A stretch of 64,000 nt of DNA from Fimbriimonadales bacterium (GCA_038222255.1 JBBRHU010000001.1:8031-72030), one strand, 5' to 3'. Shown: positions 20,956 to 31,915, numbered from the stretch's first letter. Notes: generated by a model from the sequence alone, not told the origin. Program-made: numbers and translations.

Positions 20956-21214
20956 ACGACTGAGTCCGGGCGAAAGTGTACCGACCTCTTCGATGGCAAC
21001 TCAACCAATCGGCTTAGTCAAGGCGTGTCCACAGAGACCCCGGAACCCAGTTCGAGCTTAGGTTCTGCGACATTGCTGCAATAGTTAGGCGTGATGAATT
21101 TGCAAGCTGGTCCTGTTGGCTCGGTTTAGAAGGCTGCCTTGGCTAGTTTCGAAAGGTACAATGCATCCTTAACGAGACTTGGTTTCGTTCCTTTTGAGTG
21201 TTTGGATATAGTGC

Positions 21215-22411
21215 ATGCGTGTAGTTCTTTTCGCTGAAACCTTCTCCAAAAAAATGGGCTACCTGCAGAACTGTCTGCCGCGATCCATGGCGCGTCTGGG
21301 GATAGACATGCACGTCGTGACCCTCGATCTGCCCCCCTATTACCAGAACGAGGCATACCGCAAGGCATTCGATACCCTTGCTCCGAACGACCTTGTTGCT
21401 GGGACAACGGAAGATCTCGATGGATACAAGCTCCACGTCATTGGCCACACAAAACAACTTGGCTACATGCGCGGGGTCGGGCTGGAAGAGAAGATTCGAG
21501 AGCTGAAACCGGACATTGTCCAGACCATGGCCCCCATCGGTTGGATTCCGATGGATCTTGCCATCCTGCAGCCCAAACTCAATTTTAAGCTTTTCACGGC
21601 AAGTCACTACACGGCCTACGCTTTTCCTCTTTCTACCGCCAACCTTCCGAAGTGGCACCCCCAGATGATAAAGTGCTTCCTCCTGCGGACGCTTCCTGGG
21701 CGGTTCGTTTCGAAGCGGACGGTCAAGTTCTACGGAGCAACCGTGGACTGTACAGAGGTTGCTGTCGGCTACTTTGGCGTTGCCGCAGAGAAGGCATTTC
21801 AGTCAGAACTCGGCGTTGACACGGATATCCTTTACCCGGTCACTTCAGAAGCTGACCAAGCATCAAGAGCAAATGAGCGAGCAGAGCTAGGAGTTCAAGA
21901 CCACGAAGTCCTCTGCATCTACACCGGTCGCTTCTTTGAAGAGAAGAACCCGCTCGTACTCGCGAAAGCCATTGATCGATTGCAAAAAGCCGGAGAGCCG
22001 TTCCGTGGTTTGTTCATTGGCGATGGCGACCAGCGTGCCGAAATTGAGGCCTGCAAAGGTTGCGTTGTCCGCCCCTTCCGCCCGTTTAAGGAACTCGGTC
22101 ATGTCTACCGCAGTGCGGAGCTTGGCTGCTGGCCACAATCGGACTCGATGGCCGTTCTAGACTGCGCAGCCTGTGGGCTCCCTGTAGTCGTAATGGACCG
22201 ACTACCCTCAACCGAGCGCTATGAAGGCAACGGCGTGACCTACGAGATGGGTAACGACGAAGACCTTGCGCGTGTGCTGGTCACCTTGAAAGACCCCGCT
22301 CGCCGCAAAGAACTTGGCGACTTTGGCGCGAAGAAGATGCGAGAGAAGTTCAGCTGGGACAGCATGGCCCAACAGCGCATCGCCGATTACAAAAAAGCCC
22401 TCGGAAAGTAG
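21215..22411 (+). CDS. Glycosyltransferase family 4
   Basis: GT-B features: YTGRFFEEKN; AACGLPVV; FSW near the C-terminus. Confidence 0.85.
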   Translation: MRVVLFAETFSKKMGYLQNCLPRSMARLGIDMHVVTLDLPPYYQNEAYRKAFDTLAPNDLVAGTTEDLDGYKLHVIGHTKQLGYMRGVGLEEKIRELKPDIVQTMAPIGWIPMDLAILQPKLNFKLFTASHYTAYAFPLSTANLPKWHPQMIKCFLLRTLPGRFVSKRTVKFYGATVDCTEVAVGYFGVAAEKAFQSELGVDTDILYPVTSEADQASRANERAELGVQDHEVLCIYTGRFFEEKNPLVLAKAIDRLQKAGEPFRGLFIGDGDQRAEIEACKGCVVRPFRPFKELGHVYRSAELGCWPQSDSMAVLDCAACGLPVVVMDRLPSTERYEGNGVTYEMGNDEDLARVLVTLKDPARRKELGDFGAKKMREKFSWDSMAQQRIADYKKALGK

Positions 22412-22434
22412 TCTTCTCCAAGGGCTTGACTGGC

Positions 22435-23712
22435 TTAGCTGCGACCGACGCTAAGATAGAACAATCCAGCAGCTCGTACCGCTTCTGGATTCCAGAACGC
22501 TCGACCGTCGAGAATTGCTTCAACCCCGCTGGCCTTGAGCGTAGCGAAATCCAAGTCAGCAAACTCCGGATGCTGAGTCACGAGGACAAGTACCTCTCCT
22601 GCGATACCGCTCGGTGTGAATCCGTGGCCCCGAATCTCGTCATCGCTGTACAGCGAATCATTCAAGCTGACCACTGCCCCATGAGCCTTGAGGACTTCTT
22701 GGACGATGAACGCTGGGGATAGCGTGTGTTCTTTCACGCCAGGGCGAAATCCGAGGCCAAGGATAGTGACTCGCTTTCCACTCAACGATTGCCAAGCGCG
22801 CTCAAGACGAGAAACCAGGTGCTCGGCCTGACCATCATTGATCTTTCGCGCAAGGACAGGAATATCCGCCGTCAGACCTCTTTCCTCGGCATCGCGGATG
22901 AGGAAGTAGGGGTAAAGCGGGGTGCAGTGACCACCCACTCCAATACCAGGCGAGAGCAGATAGGCTTCTCCGTCGGTATTGGTCGCTTTGGCCACACGTG
23001 CATAGTCAATTCCGAGCGCCTCAGCGTATCGAGACAGCTCGTTCGCGATCGCAATGTTTGCATCTCGGTAAACCATGCCCGAAAGCTTGGCAAACTCCGA
23101 AGCTTCAAGCGACCCGACATCCATAGCTTCAGCGCCAAGGTAGGTCGTGTAGAATTCAGCGGCGCGGGTACCGGCGGCTTCGGTGAGACCGCCCACAATC
23201 TTCGGCGTCTTAGCGAGGTGATCTAAAACGAGTTTGCTCTTCACGCGTTCTGGAGAGAAAACGAGATCAAAATCTACGCCTGCCTTAAGTCCGCTCTCTT
23301 CGAGCAGTGGGATGAAACCACGGGTGGTGCCGACCGGGAGCGTCGTTTCGTAAGTCACCATTGCGCCCTTCTGCAACCCAGCGGCGATCGCGCGGGTGAC
23401 GTCTTCGATGATGCCAAGATCGGCGTGGCGAGATTCGGTGAGGTGGACGGGCACGATAATGATGATCATGTCCGCCGTGCGTACGGCTTCGGTCGTGTTC
23501 GTGGAAGCCTTGAGGCGACCCGCTTCGACCTGTACTTTGAGGAGTTCGGGAACGCCAGGCTCCTCAAAGGGACACTCGCCGCGGTTGATGATATCAACTA
23601 CGCGTTGGCTGACGTCACAGGCAGTGACATGACCGCCCATACTGGCGATCTGGCAGGCAAGAGGCAGGCCCATCTTGCCCGCGCCGATGACGACGACGGA
23701 TTGATCTTTCAT
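22435..23712 (-). CDS. UDP-N-acetylhexosamine 6-dehydrogenase (WbpA/WecC family)
   Basis: GAGKMGLP; ETTLPVGTT; FSPERV; PGIGVGGHC. Confidence 0.9.
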   Translation of the reverse strand: MKDQSVVVIGAGKMGLPLACQIASMGGHVTACDVSQRVVDIINRGECPFEEPGVPELLKVQVEAGRLKASTNTTEAVRTADMIIIIVPVHLTESRHADLGIIEDVTRAIAAGLQKGAMVTYETTLPVGTTRGFIPLLEESGLKAGVDFDLVFSPERVKSKLVLDHLAKTPKIVGGLTEAAGTRAAEFYTTYLGAEAMDVGSLEASEFAKLSGMVYRDANIAIANELSRYAEALGIDYARVAKATNTDGEAYLLSPGIGVGGHCTPLYPYFLIRDAEERGLTADIPVLARKINDGQAEHLVSRLERAWQSLSGKRVTILGLGFRPGVKEHTLSPAFIVQEVLKAHGAVVSLNDSLYSDDEIRGHGFTPSGIAGEVLVLVTQHPEFADLDFATLKASGVEAILDGRAFWNPEAVRAAGLFYLSVGRS

Positions 23713-23722
23713 TGGTGGTTGT

Positions 23723-24832
23723 TTAGCTCAGGCTGGCGTCGTATTTCTTCACGGCGGCGATGACGGCAACGACCATCTCATCGGTCATTTCTGGGAACAT
23801 CGGGATAGAAACTACTTCCGAAGCGACCTGTTCGGCCACCGGGAAATCGCCTACCTTGAAGCCCATATCCGAATAACCGCCAAGCGTATGGATGGCAAAC
23901 GGGTAGTGAATCGCTGTACCAACGCCTTCATCGGACATGAACTTCATGAACCCATCTCGATCCTTCACACGGACAGCATAGATGTGATAGACGTGTCTAC
24001 GATCGGAGTAAGCCTTGGGCAAGACGACGTGCTTGAGGCCAGCGAGCTCTGCGTCATAGCGCTTAGCAACCGCTCGGCGCGCTTCCGTCCAGCCTTCCAA
24101 AAGTGGAAGTTTGACCCGTAAGATTGCACCTTGGATGCCCTCAAGTCGAGCATTAAAGCCAACCATCACGTGGTGATACTTCTTCTCTTGCCCCCAGTCT
24201 CGGAGCATTCTCAACTTCTGAGCAAGCTCGTCGGATTGGGTCGTCACGAGACCGCCTTCGCCATAAGCACCTAGGTTCTTTCCGGGATAGAAGCTGAAGC
24301 CGGACATGTCGCCCATGCTGCCGCAGCGTCGTCCCTTGTACTCAGCGCCATGTGCTTGGGCAGAGTCTTCAATCACGAACAGGTTGTGCTTCTTCGCAAT
24401 CTCTAGGATCGGGTCCATGTCTGCGGGCTGACCGTAGAGGTGAACGGGCATGATCGCCTTCGTCTTCGGCGTGATTGCTGCCTCGAGCTTTGTAGGGTCG
24501 AGCGTGTAAGACTCAGGGTCGATATCGACGAGAATCGGGTGGGCGCCTATGTAGCGAATGGCCGCCACGGTGGCAACAAATGTGTGTGCAACGGTGATGA
24601 CTTCGTCGCCTGGTCCAACTCCACACGCTAGCAAGGCTAGGTGGAGTGCACTCGTTCCCGAGTTCATTCCAATGCCGTGCTTGGCTTGGCTGAACGCCGC
24701 AAACTCATTTTCAAACTGTTTGACTTCATCACCCAGAACGAACTGGCCGGAATCGAGAACCTTCTCGATCGCGGCCATAATCTCTGGCTTGATGGATTGA
24801 TACTGCTGCTTTAGGTCAAGGAAGGGAATCAT
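23723..24832 (-). CDS. DegT/DnrJ/EryC1/StrS aminotransferase (WbpE-like)
   Basis: NSGTSAL; PVHLYGQ; EDSAQAHG; SFYPGKNLGAYGEGG. Confidence 0.92.
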   Translation of the reverse strand: MIPFLDLKQQYQSIKPEIMAAIEKVLDSGQFVLGDEVKQFENEFAAFSQAKHGIGMNSGTSALHLALLACGVGPGDEVITVAHTFVATVAAIRYIGAHPILVDIDPESYTLDPTKLEAAITPKTKAIMPVHLYGQPADMDPILEIAKKHNLFVIEDSAQAHGAEYKGRRCGSMGDMSGFSFYPGKNLGAYGEGGLVTTQSDELAQKLRMLRDWGQEKKYHHVMVGFNARLEGIQGAILRVKLPLLEGWTEARRAVAKRYDAELAGLKHVVLPKAYSDRRHVYHIYAVRVKDRDGFMKFMSDEGVGTAIHYPFAIHTLGGYSDMGFKVGDFPVAEQVASEVVSIPMFPEMTDEMVVAVIAAVKKYDASLS

Positions 24833-24838
24833 GAGTTT

Positions 24839-25849
24839 TTAGAAGTCGACGGATGCGCCTTGAGCCTTCATAGAGCGCTCGGCAGCTTCGAGAATACGAA
24901 CGATACGCAAAGCAGCCCGACCACCGGTCAGTGGTTGCTCACCTTGCTCAATACAGCGAACGAAATGAGCGGCTTCCGCTTTCAGAGCTTCGGTCATATC
25001 GAATTGAGGCATCCAGATATCACCGGTTCGGCGATATGCAAGCGGAATCTGGTTTGGTCCAGTCATCTCTTCCCGCTTGACGACACCTCGGTCATAAACC
25101 TTGATCTTCTCAACGGGGTCAAGATCGTCGAACACGACCATCTTTTGACTCCCGCCGACGAGCGTCGTTCGCAGCTTGACGGGTGAGAGCCAGTTCACAT
25201 GAATGTGAGCGATGAGGTTGTTCGGATAGAACAGGGTCATGTAGGCCACGTCTTCTGGGAGGCCCTCGATGTGGCCACAGCCAGTGCAGGACACCCGAAG
25301 CGGATCCTGTGGAACCCAGAAACCAAAGATGGAAAGATCGTGTACCGCCAGATCCCAGATGACGCTCACATCGTGCTGAATTAGGCCGAGGTTGACCCGA
25401 ACTGAGTCGAGGTAGTAAAGCTCACCGAGTACACCGGTGTCGATCAGTTCCTTAACCTTTTGAACAGCGCCCATGTAGCAGAAGGTGTGATCAACCAGGA
25501 GCACCTTGCCAGACTTTTCTGCGGCTTCAACGACGTCTTGCGCTTCTTTAACTGAACCAGCAAGAGGCTTTTCGACGAGCACGTGCTTCCCAGCGGCAAG
25601 AGCTTTGAGGGCGAGCGGTGCGTGGGTTGAGACCGGAGTTGCGATAACGATCGCGTCAATCGTCGGGTCTTCCAGCAACGAATCAAAGCTATCCGTGACT
25701 CGGGCATGCGGGTAGCGAGATTGTGCTACTTCCCGATTTTTGGGGCTCAGGTCACAAATTGCTGCGAGCACCGCGCCAGGGGTCTCATTAAAGTTTCGAC
25801 ATAGATTGGGACCCCAGTATCCAAATCCAACGACCGCTATTCTTGCCAT
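24839..25849 (-). CDS. Gfo/Idh/MocA oxidoreductase (WbpB-like sugar 3-dehydrogenase)
   Basis: GFGYWG; HVLVEKP; WDLAVHD. Confidence 0.88.
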   Translation of the reverse strand: MARIAVVGFGYWGPNLCRNFNETPGAVLAAICDLSPKNREVAQSRYPHARVTDSFDSLLEDPTIDAIVIATPVSTHAPLALKALAAGKHVLVEKPLAGSVKEAQDVVEAAEKSGKVLLVDHTFCYMGAVQKVKELIDTGVLGELYYLDSVRVNLGLIQHDVSVIWDLAVHDLSIFGFWVPQDPLRVSCTGCGHIEGLPEDVAYMTLFYPNNLIAHIHVNWLSPVKLRTTLVGGSQKMVVFDDLDPVEKIKVYDRGVVKREEMTGPNQIPLAYRRTGDIWMPQFDMTEALKAEAAHFVRCIEQGEQPLTGGRAALRIVRILEAAERSMKAQGASVDF

Positions 25850-25852
25850 AAG

Positions 25853-26350
25853 TTATTCTGCCTCCGCGAGCTTCGCCTTGAGATCGTCGACATTGCCGCG
25901 CAACCTAGCAGGGACACCCGCGACGACAGCACCATCTGGCACATCCTTCGTCACAACAGCACCCGCACCGATGAGGGCTCTTTCGCCGATTGTCACACCA
26001 CCCATGATCACTGCGCCACTTCCGATAGAAGCGCCTTTTTTAACCAAGGTGGGGACGACTGACCAATCGGCCTCTGATTGGAGGCCACCCGAATCTGCAG
26101 TCGCACGAGGAAGGATGTCATTAATGAACATCACCCCGTGTCCAACAAAAACTTCGTCTTCGATCGTCACTCCTTCACAGATAAACGTGTGAGAAGAAAT
26201 CTTGCAAAACTCGCCAACGCTGGCGTTTTTCTGGATTTCGACGAAGGTTCCGATTCGGGAATTACTGCCTATTTTGCAACCGTAAAGGTTGACTAGGCTT
26301 TCGTGATAGATGGAGACGTTCTCGCCTCGATCAATGTCTCTGAGCGGCAT
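25853..26350 (-). CDS. Hexapeptide-repeat N-acyltransferase (WbpD-like)
   Basis: VNLYGCKIG; EIQKNA; SSHTFICEGV; GAGAVVTKDVP; GVPAR. Confidence 0.9.
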   Translation of the reverse strand: MPLRDIDRGENVSIYHESLVNLYGCKIGSNSRIGTFVEIQKNASVGEFCKISSHTFICEGVTIEDEVFVGHGVMFINDILPRATADSGGLQSEADWSVVPTLVKKGASIGSGAVIMGGVTIGERALIGAGAVVTKDVPDGAVVAGVPARLRGNVDDLKAKLAEAE

Positions 26351-26473
26351 CTCAACAGGATTATACTCGCCAGCCTATGAGCGCAAGCTAGGTCCCTGCT
26401 CGTTCGTTGAATTGGTCCGAGTCAGTTAACTTCCCTCTCCGCTGATCAAACCGGTTAGTCGCAATTTCTAGAA

Positions 26474-27046
26474 TCAGAATTTAGGTAGGCGGTCGAGCGG
26501 AACATCCCGGAGCCTAGGGCAAGCAGCATCCTTTGCGGCCAAAATCGGCGGCGCGGCGGGCCATTTGATTCCAAGGTCAGGATCTGACCAAAGAATGCCA
26601 CCCTCGCACTCTGGACGATATGTCTCCGAACATTTGTAGATCACCACTGCCTTATCGCTCAGCACATAAAACCCGTGGGCAAACCCGGTGGCAATCGATA
26701 GATGAAGGTTGTTTGTATGAGAGAGCACGTATGCAACGTGCTGACCAAACGTCGGAGACCCCAACCGGATATCAACCGCAACATCCAGAACCTCACCTTC
26801 CAAGACGCTGACCAATTTTGCCTGCGCATATGGCTCCTGATAGTGAAGGCCCCGCAACACGTTCTGCTTGGAAACCGAAACGTTGTCTTGGACATAGGGG
26901 CCGACGATTCCGCACTTCTCGTAGGCGGGCTCATTCCATATCTCACGGAAGAATCCGCGATCATCAGGAAATGATCGACCCTCGATCAAGTGGATACCCA
27001 CCAAGCTAGTTTCAGAAACTTTAATCAAATACAGAACCTCGCGCAA
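26474..27046 (-). CDS. rfbC: dTDP-4-dehydrorhamnose 3,5-epimerase
   Basis: DDRGFF; QDNVS; LRGLHYQ; DVAVDIR; GFAHGF; WSDPDLGIKWP. Exact start uncertain. Confidence 0.95.
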   Translation of the reverse strand: MREVLYLIKVSETSLVGIHLIEGRSFPDDRGFFREIWNEPAYEKCGIVGPYVQDNVSVSKQNVLRGLHYQEPYAQAKLVSVLEGEVLDVAVDIRLGSPTFGQHVAYVLSHTNNLHLSIATGFAHGFYVLSDKAVVIYKCSETYRPECEGGILWSDPDLGIKWPAAPPILAAKDAACPRLRDVPLDRLPKF

Positions 27047-27119
27047 AATGCAAACACACCAGATACCCCAGAACTGACCACCGGGATCTAAGAGTCATTT
27101 AATCAGACTTGTCAGACCA

Positions 27120-28376
27120 TCATGCTACTGTGTACCGAATCACAAGAAAATAGAAAGAATAGATGGCAGTTTGCGCGAGAGAATACGCCGCCATCGCCCA
27201 CATGAACGAGCCGCCTAGGTAGTAGGCCGCCGTGAGAGAGGCAACCGACAAGATTAGGTTTGCAAAGTCGTACCAGAGCTTACGCTCAACGCGGTTAATA
27301 ACGATCAAAATCCTAGAGATCGGGCTTGAAACGACTCCTGCGATCAGTGCAGGCGCAAGCATCGCGATGATTGAACCAACCCCTACCCACTTGCTCCCAA
27401 AGATGATCTTCTCAAGAAACGGGGCGAGAATTGCCATCGGGATATAAATCAACAAGGCGGCTTGGAAGAGCTTCTTGGCTGCTTTCACCGTGAAGGCAAG
27501 CATCTCCTCCGGTGTGTCTCTCTGAATTTCAGAGATGCGGTTGTGAAAGACGTCGGCTACGCTACCCGAGATCAAGGCTGCAGGAATGGTCACGATTCGC
27601 TGCGACAACATGAAGAGTCCCGCGGCTTCGATTCCGTAAAAGTGAGAGATAATCGGAAACGGAATCGCAGAAGAAAGCGCATCAATCATCGACGATGGAA
27701 GCAAGATTAGAGGCATTTTCTTATACTTCTTGATCACCTCGACAAAAATCGGGTAGTTGCTTCTTCGGACGACTTCCCGCATGCGACCTTGCGCTCCGGC
27801 AAAGAGTCGTGCAATGCCAAATATCCGTCCACCTATCTCGCCACAGAGTAGGCCAAGCCAGCTCGTGTTGATAATTCCAACGGCGACTGGAATGAGTGCT
27901 CTCGCAAATCCCTGACTCACAAGTGCTTTGCTAATGAGCGAGAAATTGGCAGCTCTAACATGCCAAAAGCGAAAGGCTGTAAATGTTCCTGTTGAGATTA
28001 AGATCAAGAACGCAGGCAAAATCGACCAGAGCGGTAGCAACTCATAGCTGAGCAATCGCCCTAGGATCAGCATCGCCATGACGATGCACGCAATGATTGC
28101 TACCGGAATGGAGAGCAGAACAGTAGTTGCGAGCAAGTAGTCGGCATCTTCCTCCGTCTCGGCAGAAGGAATGGCTGAGTCGAACCGCAGCCCAACCGCC
28201 ATAGCTCCAAACGAAACAAAAGCCATGAAGACCGAAACAAGGCCTAGTGCAGCAGGCGAGTACTGTCTCGTAATTATTGGGGTCGTCGCGATAACGACGA
28301 TCTGACCAATTGCGGTTCCACCGCCAAGCTTGAGTGAATTTGCGATGGTCGGCGACGATAGCCACTTCATTTTCAA
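27120..28376 (-). CDS. Wzx oligosaccharide flippase
   Basis: About 12 TM helices; TPIITRQYSP and LRFDxAIP motifs of MOP-family flippases. Confidence 0.85.
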   Translation of the reverse strand: MKMKWLSSPTIANSLKLGGGTAIGQIVVIATTPIITRQYSPAALGLVSVFMAFVSFGAMAVGLRFDSAIPSAETEEDADYLLATTVLLSIPVAIIACIVMAMLILGRLLSYELLPLWSILPAFLILISTGTFTAFRFWHVRAANFSLISKALVSQGFARALIPVAVGIINTSWLGLLCGEIGGRIFGIARLFAGAQGRMREVVRRSNYPIFVEVIKKYKKMPLILLPSSMIDALSSAIPFPIISHFYGIEAAGLFMLSQRIVTIPAALISGSVADVFHNRISEIQRDTPEEMLAFTVKAAKKLFQAALLIYIPMAILAPFLEKIIFGSKWVGVGSIIAMLAPALIAGVVSSPISRILIVINRVERKLWYDFANLILSVASLTAAYYLGGSFMWAMAAYSLAQTAIYSFYFLVIRYTVA

Positions 28377-28524
28377 TGTAGGGCCACCACGTTAATTTGC
28401 AATCTGGACTTCGAGGGAGGGCACATTAGATGGCAAGCGCTCGCTTTCCGCTGCAAAAGCACTTTATGAAATTACCAGAATTCAAACCCGCTCCCTGGAC
28501 CTTCGAGCGAACCCCAAGGGCTCC

Positions 28525-29757
28525 TCATTGATTCTTCGCAGCGGACTTCATTGCAGCTTCTATCTGAAGAAAACATCCAGAGCGACTGCAGTTCTTCACA
28601 ACAAAGTCTCGCGCATTCATGCCCATTTCCTTGCCAAGGTTCGGTTCTTTCATCAGTTTCCGAATAGCATTGCAAACATCATCGTGCGATTCTGTGGAAA
28701 CGACGACGCCACAGTTTGCGTCATGGACCAGGCTCGTCAATTCATTTTCCGACGACGTGATCGCCAAGATCGGCCGACCGGCGGCCATCTGTTTATAGAC
28801 CTTGCTGGGAACGGAGACTTGCGCAGCTTGCTTGTTGAGCGCGACGACGCTCATATCGCTCGCGCGGAGCACGTCTGGATAAAGCGCAAGCGGCTGGAAG
28901 GGATGGAAATTCACATTAGTGAGCCCCTTTTCTGCCACGTCCTGCTTCAAATCTTGTTCGCGAACACCACCACCGATGATCACAAACCTGACTGGCTCGT
29001 CCTGCATCCTTGCTGCAGCTTCGATCAATCGCTCGATACAACTGTTATTGCTCAGGCTTCCTGAGTAAATCACGGCGAACTCACCCGGCTGGATGCCAAG
29101 CTTCTTTCGGAATTCAGGATCGGGATCACCGGGCTGGATAAAGTCGGTATCGGCCCAGTTCCAAACAACATCAACCTTTTCAGCTACAACGCCCTTCGCC
29201 ATGAGATTTCGCTTGAATCCATCGGAAATCACGACAACGCGTGATGATTTTCGATAGACGTAGTTTTCCATGCGCTTAAAAAAGTGAATCAATTTAGGAT
29301 TTCGGAGGAAACCCATATCGATGGCGGCATCTGGATAGATGTCCTGAATGTTCGTTATGAGCGGAGTTCGCTTCCAGAAGCTCAGCCACGCCCCAACGAC
29401 ACCCAAGGGCAACGGCGGGAGGATGGCATAGATGACATCATGCTTCTTTCGTCGGAAAAGGCACCCGAAGAACGTCGATGCACAGAAGGATCCCCAATTC
29501 AAGAGTCTTGATTTCGATGAATCTGACGGATTAGCGTAGATATACGAGCGCCACACATCGACCTTATCGAGCTTCTCCTTCTGAAAGAACTTGCCTTTGT
29601 ATCCATCAAAAACAATCCGTGCGGGGTAGTGCGGAAATGCAGTTCCTACTGTCACATCGTGGCCTAGAGCCACCATGCCCCGGGCAAGCTCAGCCACCCA
29701 CACCCCAGATCCAAATTCTTCTGGCGGGTAATACTGACAAAGAATTAGGATTCTCAT
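28525..29757 (-). CDS. Glycosyltransferase family 4 (WbuB-like)
   Basis: QYYPPE; FPHYP; QDIYPD; VPSKVY; MAAGRPI. Confidence 0.9.
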   Translation of the reverse strand: MRILILCQYYPPEEFGSGVWVAELARGMVALGHDVTVGTAFPHYPARIVFDGYKGKFFQKEKLDKVDVWRSYIYANPSDSSKSRLLNWGSFCASTFFGCLFRRKKHDVIYAILPPLPLGVVGAWLSFWKRTPLITNIQDIYPDAAIDMGFLRNPKLIHFFKRMENYVYRKSSRVVVISDGFKRNLMAKGVVAEKVDVVWNWADTDFIQPGDPDPEFRKKLGIQPGEFAVIYSGSLSNNSCIERLIEAAARMQDEPVRFVIIGGGVREQDLKQDVAEKGLTNVNFHPFQPLALYPDVLRASDMSVVALNKQAAQVSVPSKVYKQMAAGRPILAITSSENELTSLVHDANCGVVVSTESHDDVCNAIRKLMKEPNLGKEMGMNARDFVVKNCSRSGCFLQIEAAMKSAAKNQ

Positions 29758-29792
29758 AGTGTGATCAGATTTTGAGGCGACATTACGGTCAG

Positions 29793-30785
29793 CTACTTAG
29801 CTGAATCCTTTGTAGAAAGGATCCCTTTTCTTAAGTATGCCAAGGCGATCCGTCGCATAAACCGCAAGCCCACGCCGCTGAAAAGTGCAAGTCCCTTGGG
29901 CAAACGTAGACTTCTCGGAAGAGTTCGGCCGTGGGCGGTCAATACGGCGAGATAGACCTGGTAGACGTTCTCTCGAAGAGGTCCTTCAAGCACAATTCCT
30001 GATAGTGCTGTACCTGCCAAATAGAGGTCATTGTGAAAGTGAGCTAACGTAGAAAAGTGATAGAGCACCAGAGGCTGGTCGTCTAAGAAAACTTGACCGT
30101 TCTTGACGCTCACAGTATATTGCTCAACATTCCAAGGGGCAGCATTTACCCCCACATGGTTTATGTCGACAACACCCTTAAAGCGTTTGGAAAACTGGTT
30201 CAAATACTTCTGATCTGCGAACTTCTCCCCTTCATAGCGGTCGTAGCACCATTCGATGCAGCTTTCTAGCCACCAGTTGCAGCAAGCAATTCCATTCTCA
30301 TCAGATCTAAATGAAACCCATCCAACATTATAAATGCCTGCCTTTTCTTCTAACCGCTTAGTTTTCTTCGTATACCGGTGGGGAGTGATTCCGACAGAAG
30401 CACCTTTCAAACTCTCGATCACAGGAGTAGGATCGCTAAAGAAGTACATGTCGCTGTCAACATAGGTGACGAGTTCAACAGGTGTATGGTCAAGCATATA
30501 TTTGACCACCGCTGGAGTTATAGTAAAGAGATATTCGCTGGCAGAGCGATTCTTCTTCGCTTCCTTTAGCGCCGGATAGGCCTCTTCAATGCTTGTCTTT
30601 GAGAAGCCATAAACGTTCGGAATGTGAAGATTTTCAACCTCTTTCTCGCACTGTTCTGTCATACAGGCGATGTAGAGAACTGCATCTGGCGCATAGCGCG
30701 TCAATGATACTTGCAACGCTACGGCGCGCGGTAAGTATCTTTCATCGCACAACGTTACAAAGACGCATTGTTCTGTGCTTGCCAT
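29793..30785 (-). CDS. Putative GT-A fold glycosyltransferase
   Basis: TLCDERYL; YVDSD (DxD); YNVGWV; FADQKYL; APWN. Confidence 0.65.
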   Translation of the reverse strand: MASTEQCVFVTLCDERYLPRAVALQVSLTRYAPDAVLYIACMTEQCEKEVENLHIPNVYGFSKTSIEEAYPALKEAKKNRSASEYLFTITPAVVKYMLDHTPVELVTYVDSDMYFFSDPTPVIESLKGASVGITPHRYTKKTKRLEEKAGIYNVGWVSFRSDENGIACCNWWLESCIEWCYDRYEGEKFADQKYLNQFSKRFKGVVDINHVGVNAAPWNVEQYTVSVKNGQVFLDDQPLVLYHFSTLAHFHNDLYLAGTALSGIVLEGPLRENVYQVYLAVLTAHGRTLPRSLRLPKGLALFSGVGLRFMRRIALAYLRKGILSTKDSAK

Positions 30786-30793
30786 CTTCGTGC

Positions 30794-31906
30794 TTAGACC
30801 TTAAACTCCATTAAGCACTCAACAACATACTCGCAGTCTTCATTCGTGAGCTCCGGATAGATCGGCAAACAAGAAATTCGCTCACTGTGCTTGACCGTTT
30901 CCGACATGTCAGAGCCGGTCTTGACAAGCTCGCTGTAACCAGGTTGAAGATGAACCGGCATCGGATAGAGCAAGCCTGTTGTAATTCCCTTCTCTGCTAG
31001 GAATGCGACAAGCGCATCACGGTGCTCGGACTGAAGCCCGTATTGATGATATACGTGGTAGCACCCTTCGGCTTCGGTTGGGTGGATAAGGAGGGGGTTC
31101 TGTGCCTTTTGATAGATCGCGGCGATCTCCCGTCGTCGGGCATTATCCTCTGAGAGGAAGGGGAGCTTCGCAGACAAGATCGCTGCTTGCATCTCGTCAA
31201 GACGTGAATTCATACCACTGATCTCGCTGATGTAGCGCTTGCGCCAGCCGTACTGCCTAATTAGCCGGCACCGGTCAATCAGCTCGTCATCGTCGGTTCC
31301 AACTGCTCCACCATCTCCAATTGCACCGAGGTTCTTGGTCGGGTAGAAGCTGTAAGAAGCGATTTTCCCCCATGTGCCAACGGTCTTTCCATTGACTTGC
31401 GCCCCGTGAGCTTGCGCACAGTCTTCGACGACGGGAATTCCATACTCGGCGGCGATGCTTAGAATTGCCTCAATATCCGCTGGGTGACCGTAGAGGTGAA
31501 CGACTACAATGGCTTTGATCGCCAAATCCTTGTACTGCTCAAGGGCTTCCTTGAGAGCAGCCGGGCTCATCGTCATTCTCTTCGGATCGATGTCGACAAG
31601 AATTGCCCGTGCGCCGACGAGGTCAACCGCAGACACTGTCGCAACCGCAGTGCTTGAAACTGTGACCACCCAATCGCCTGGACCAACTCCGAGAGCACGG
31701 AGCGACAAGATGATGGCGTCCGTCCCGTTTGCAACACCGACTGAATACTTGCTTCCAAGCCAACTCGCAAAGTTCGCTTCGAAGCTTTTGACCTCTTCAC
31801 CGAGGATATACCACCCGCTATCGAGCACTCGAGTAATGGCGGCATCAATCGACTTGCGATACTTCGCCGTGGAGGCACCGGGTTTTGCAAACGGGATTGT
31901 CTTCAT
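30794..31906 (-). CDS. DegT/DnrJ/EryC1/StrS aminotransferase
   Basis: ANGTDAI; EDCAQAHG; SFYPTKNLGAIGDGG; NSRLDE. Confidence 0.92.
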   Translation of the reverse strand: MKTIPFAKPGASTAKYRKSIDAAITRVLDSGWYILGEEVKSFEANFASWLGSKYSVGVANGTDAIILSLRALGVGPGDWVVTVSSTAVATVSAVDLVGARAILVDIDPKRMTMSPAALKEALEQYKDLAIKAIVVVHLYGHPADIEAILSIAAEYGIPVVEDCAQAHGAQVNGKTVGTWGKIASYSFYPTKNLGAIGDGGAVGTDDDELIDRCRLIRQYGWRKRYISEISGMNSRLDEMQAAILSAKLPFLSEDNARRREIAAIYQKAQNPLLIHPTEAEGCYHVYHQYGLQSEHRDALVAFLAEKGITTGLLYPMPVHLQPGYSELVKTGSDMSETVKHSERISCLPIYPELTNEDCEYVVECLMEFKV

Positions 31907-31915
31907 AACTGTTAA

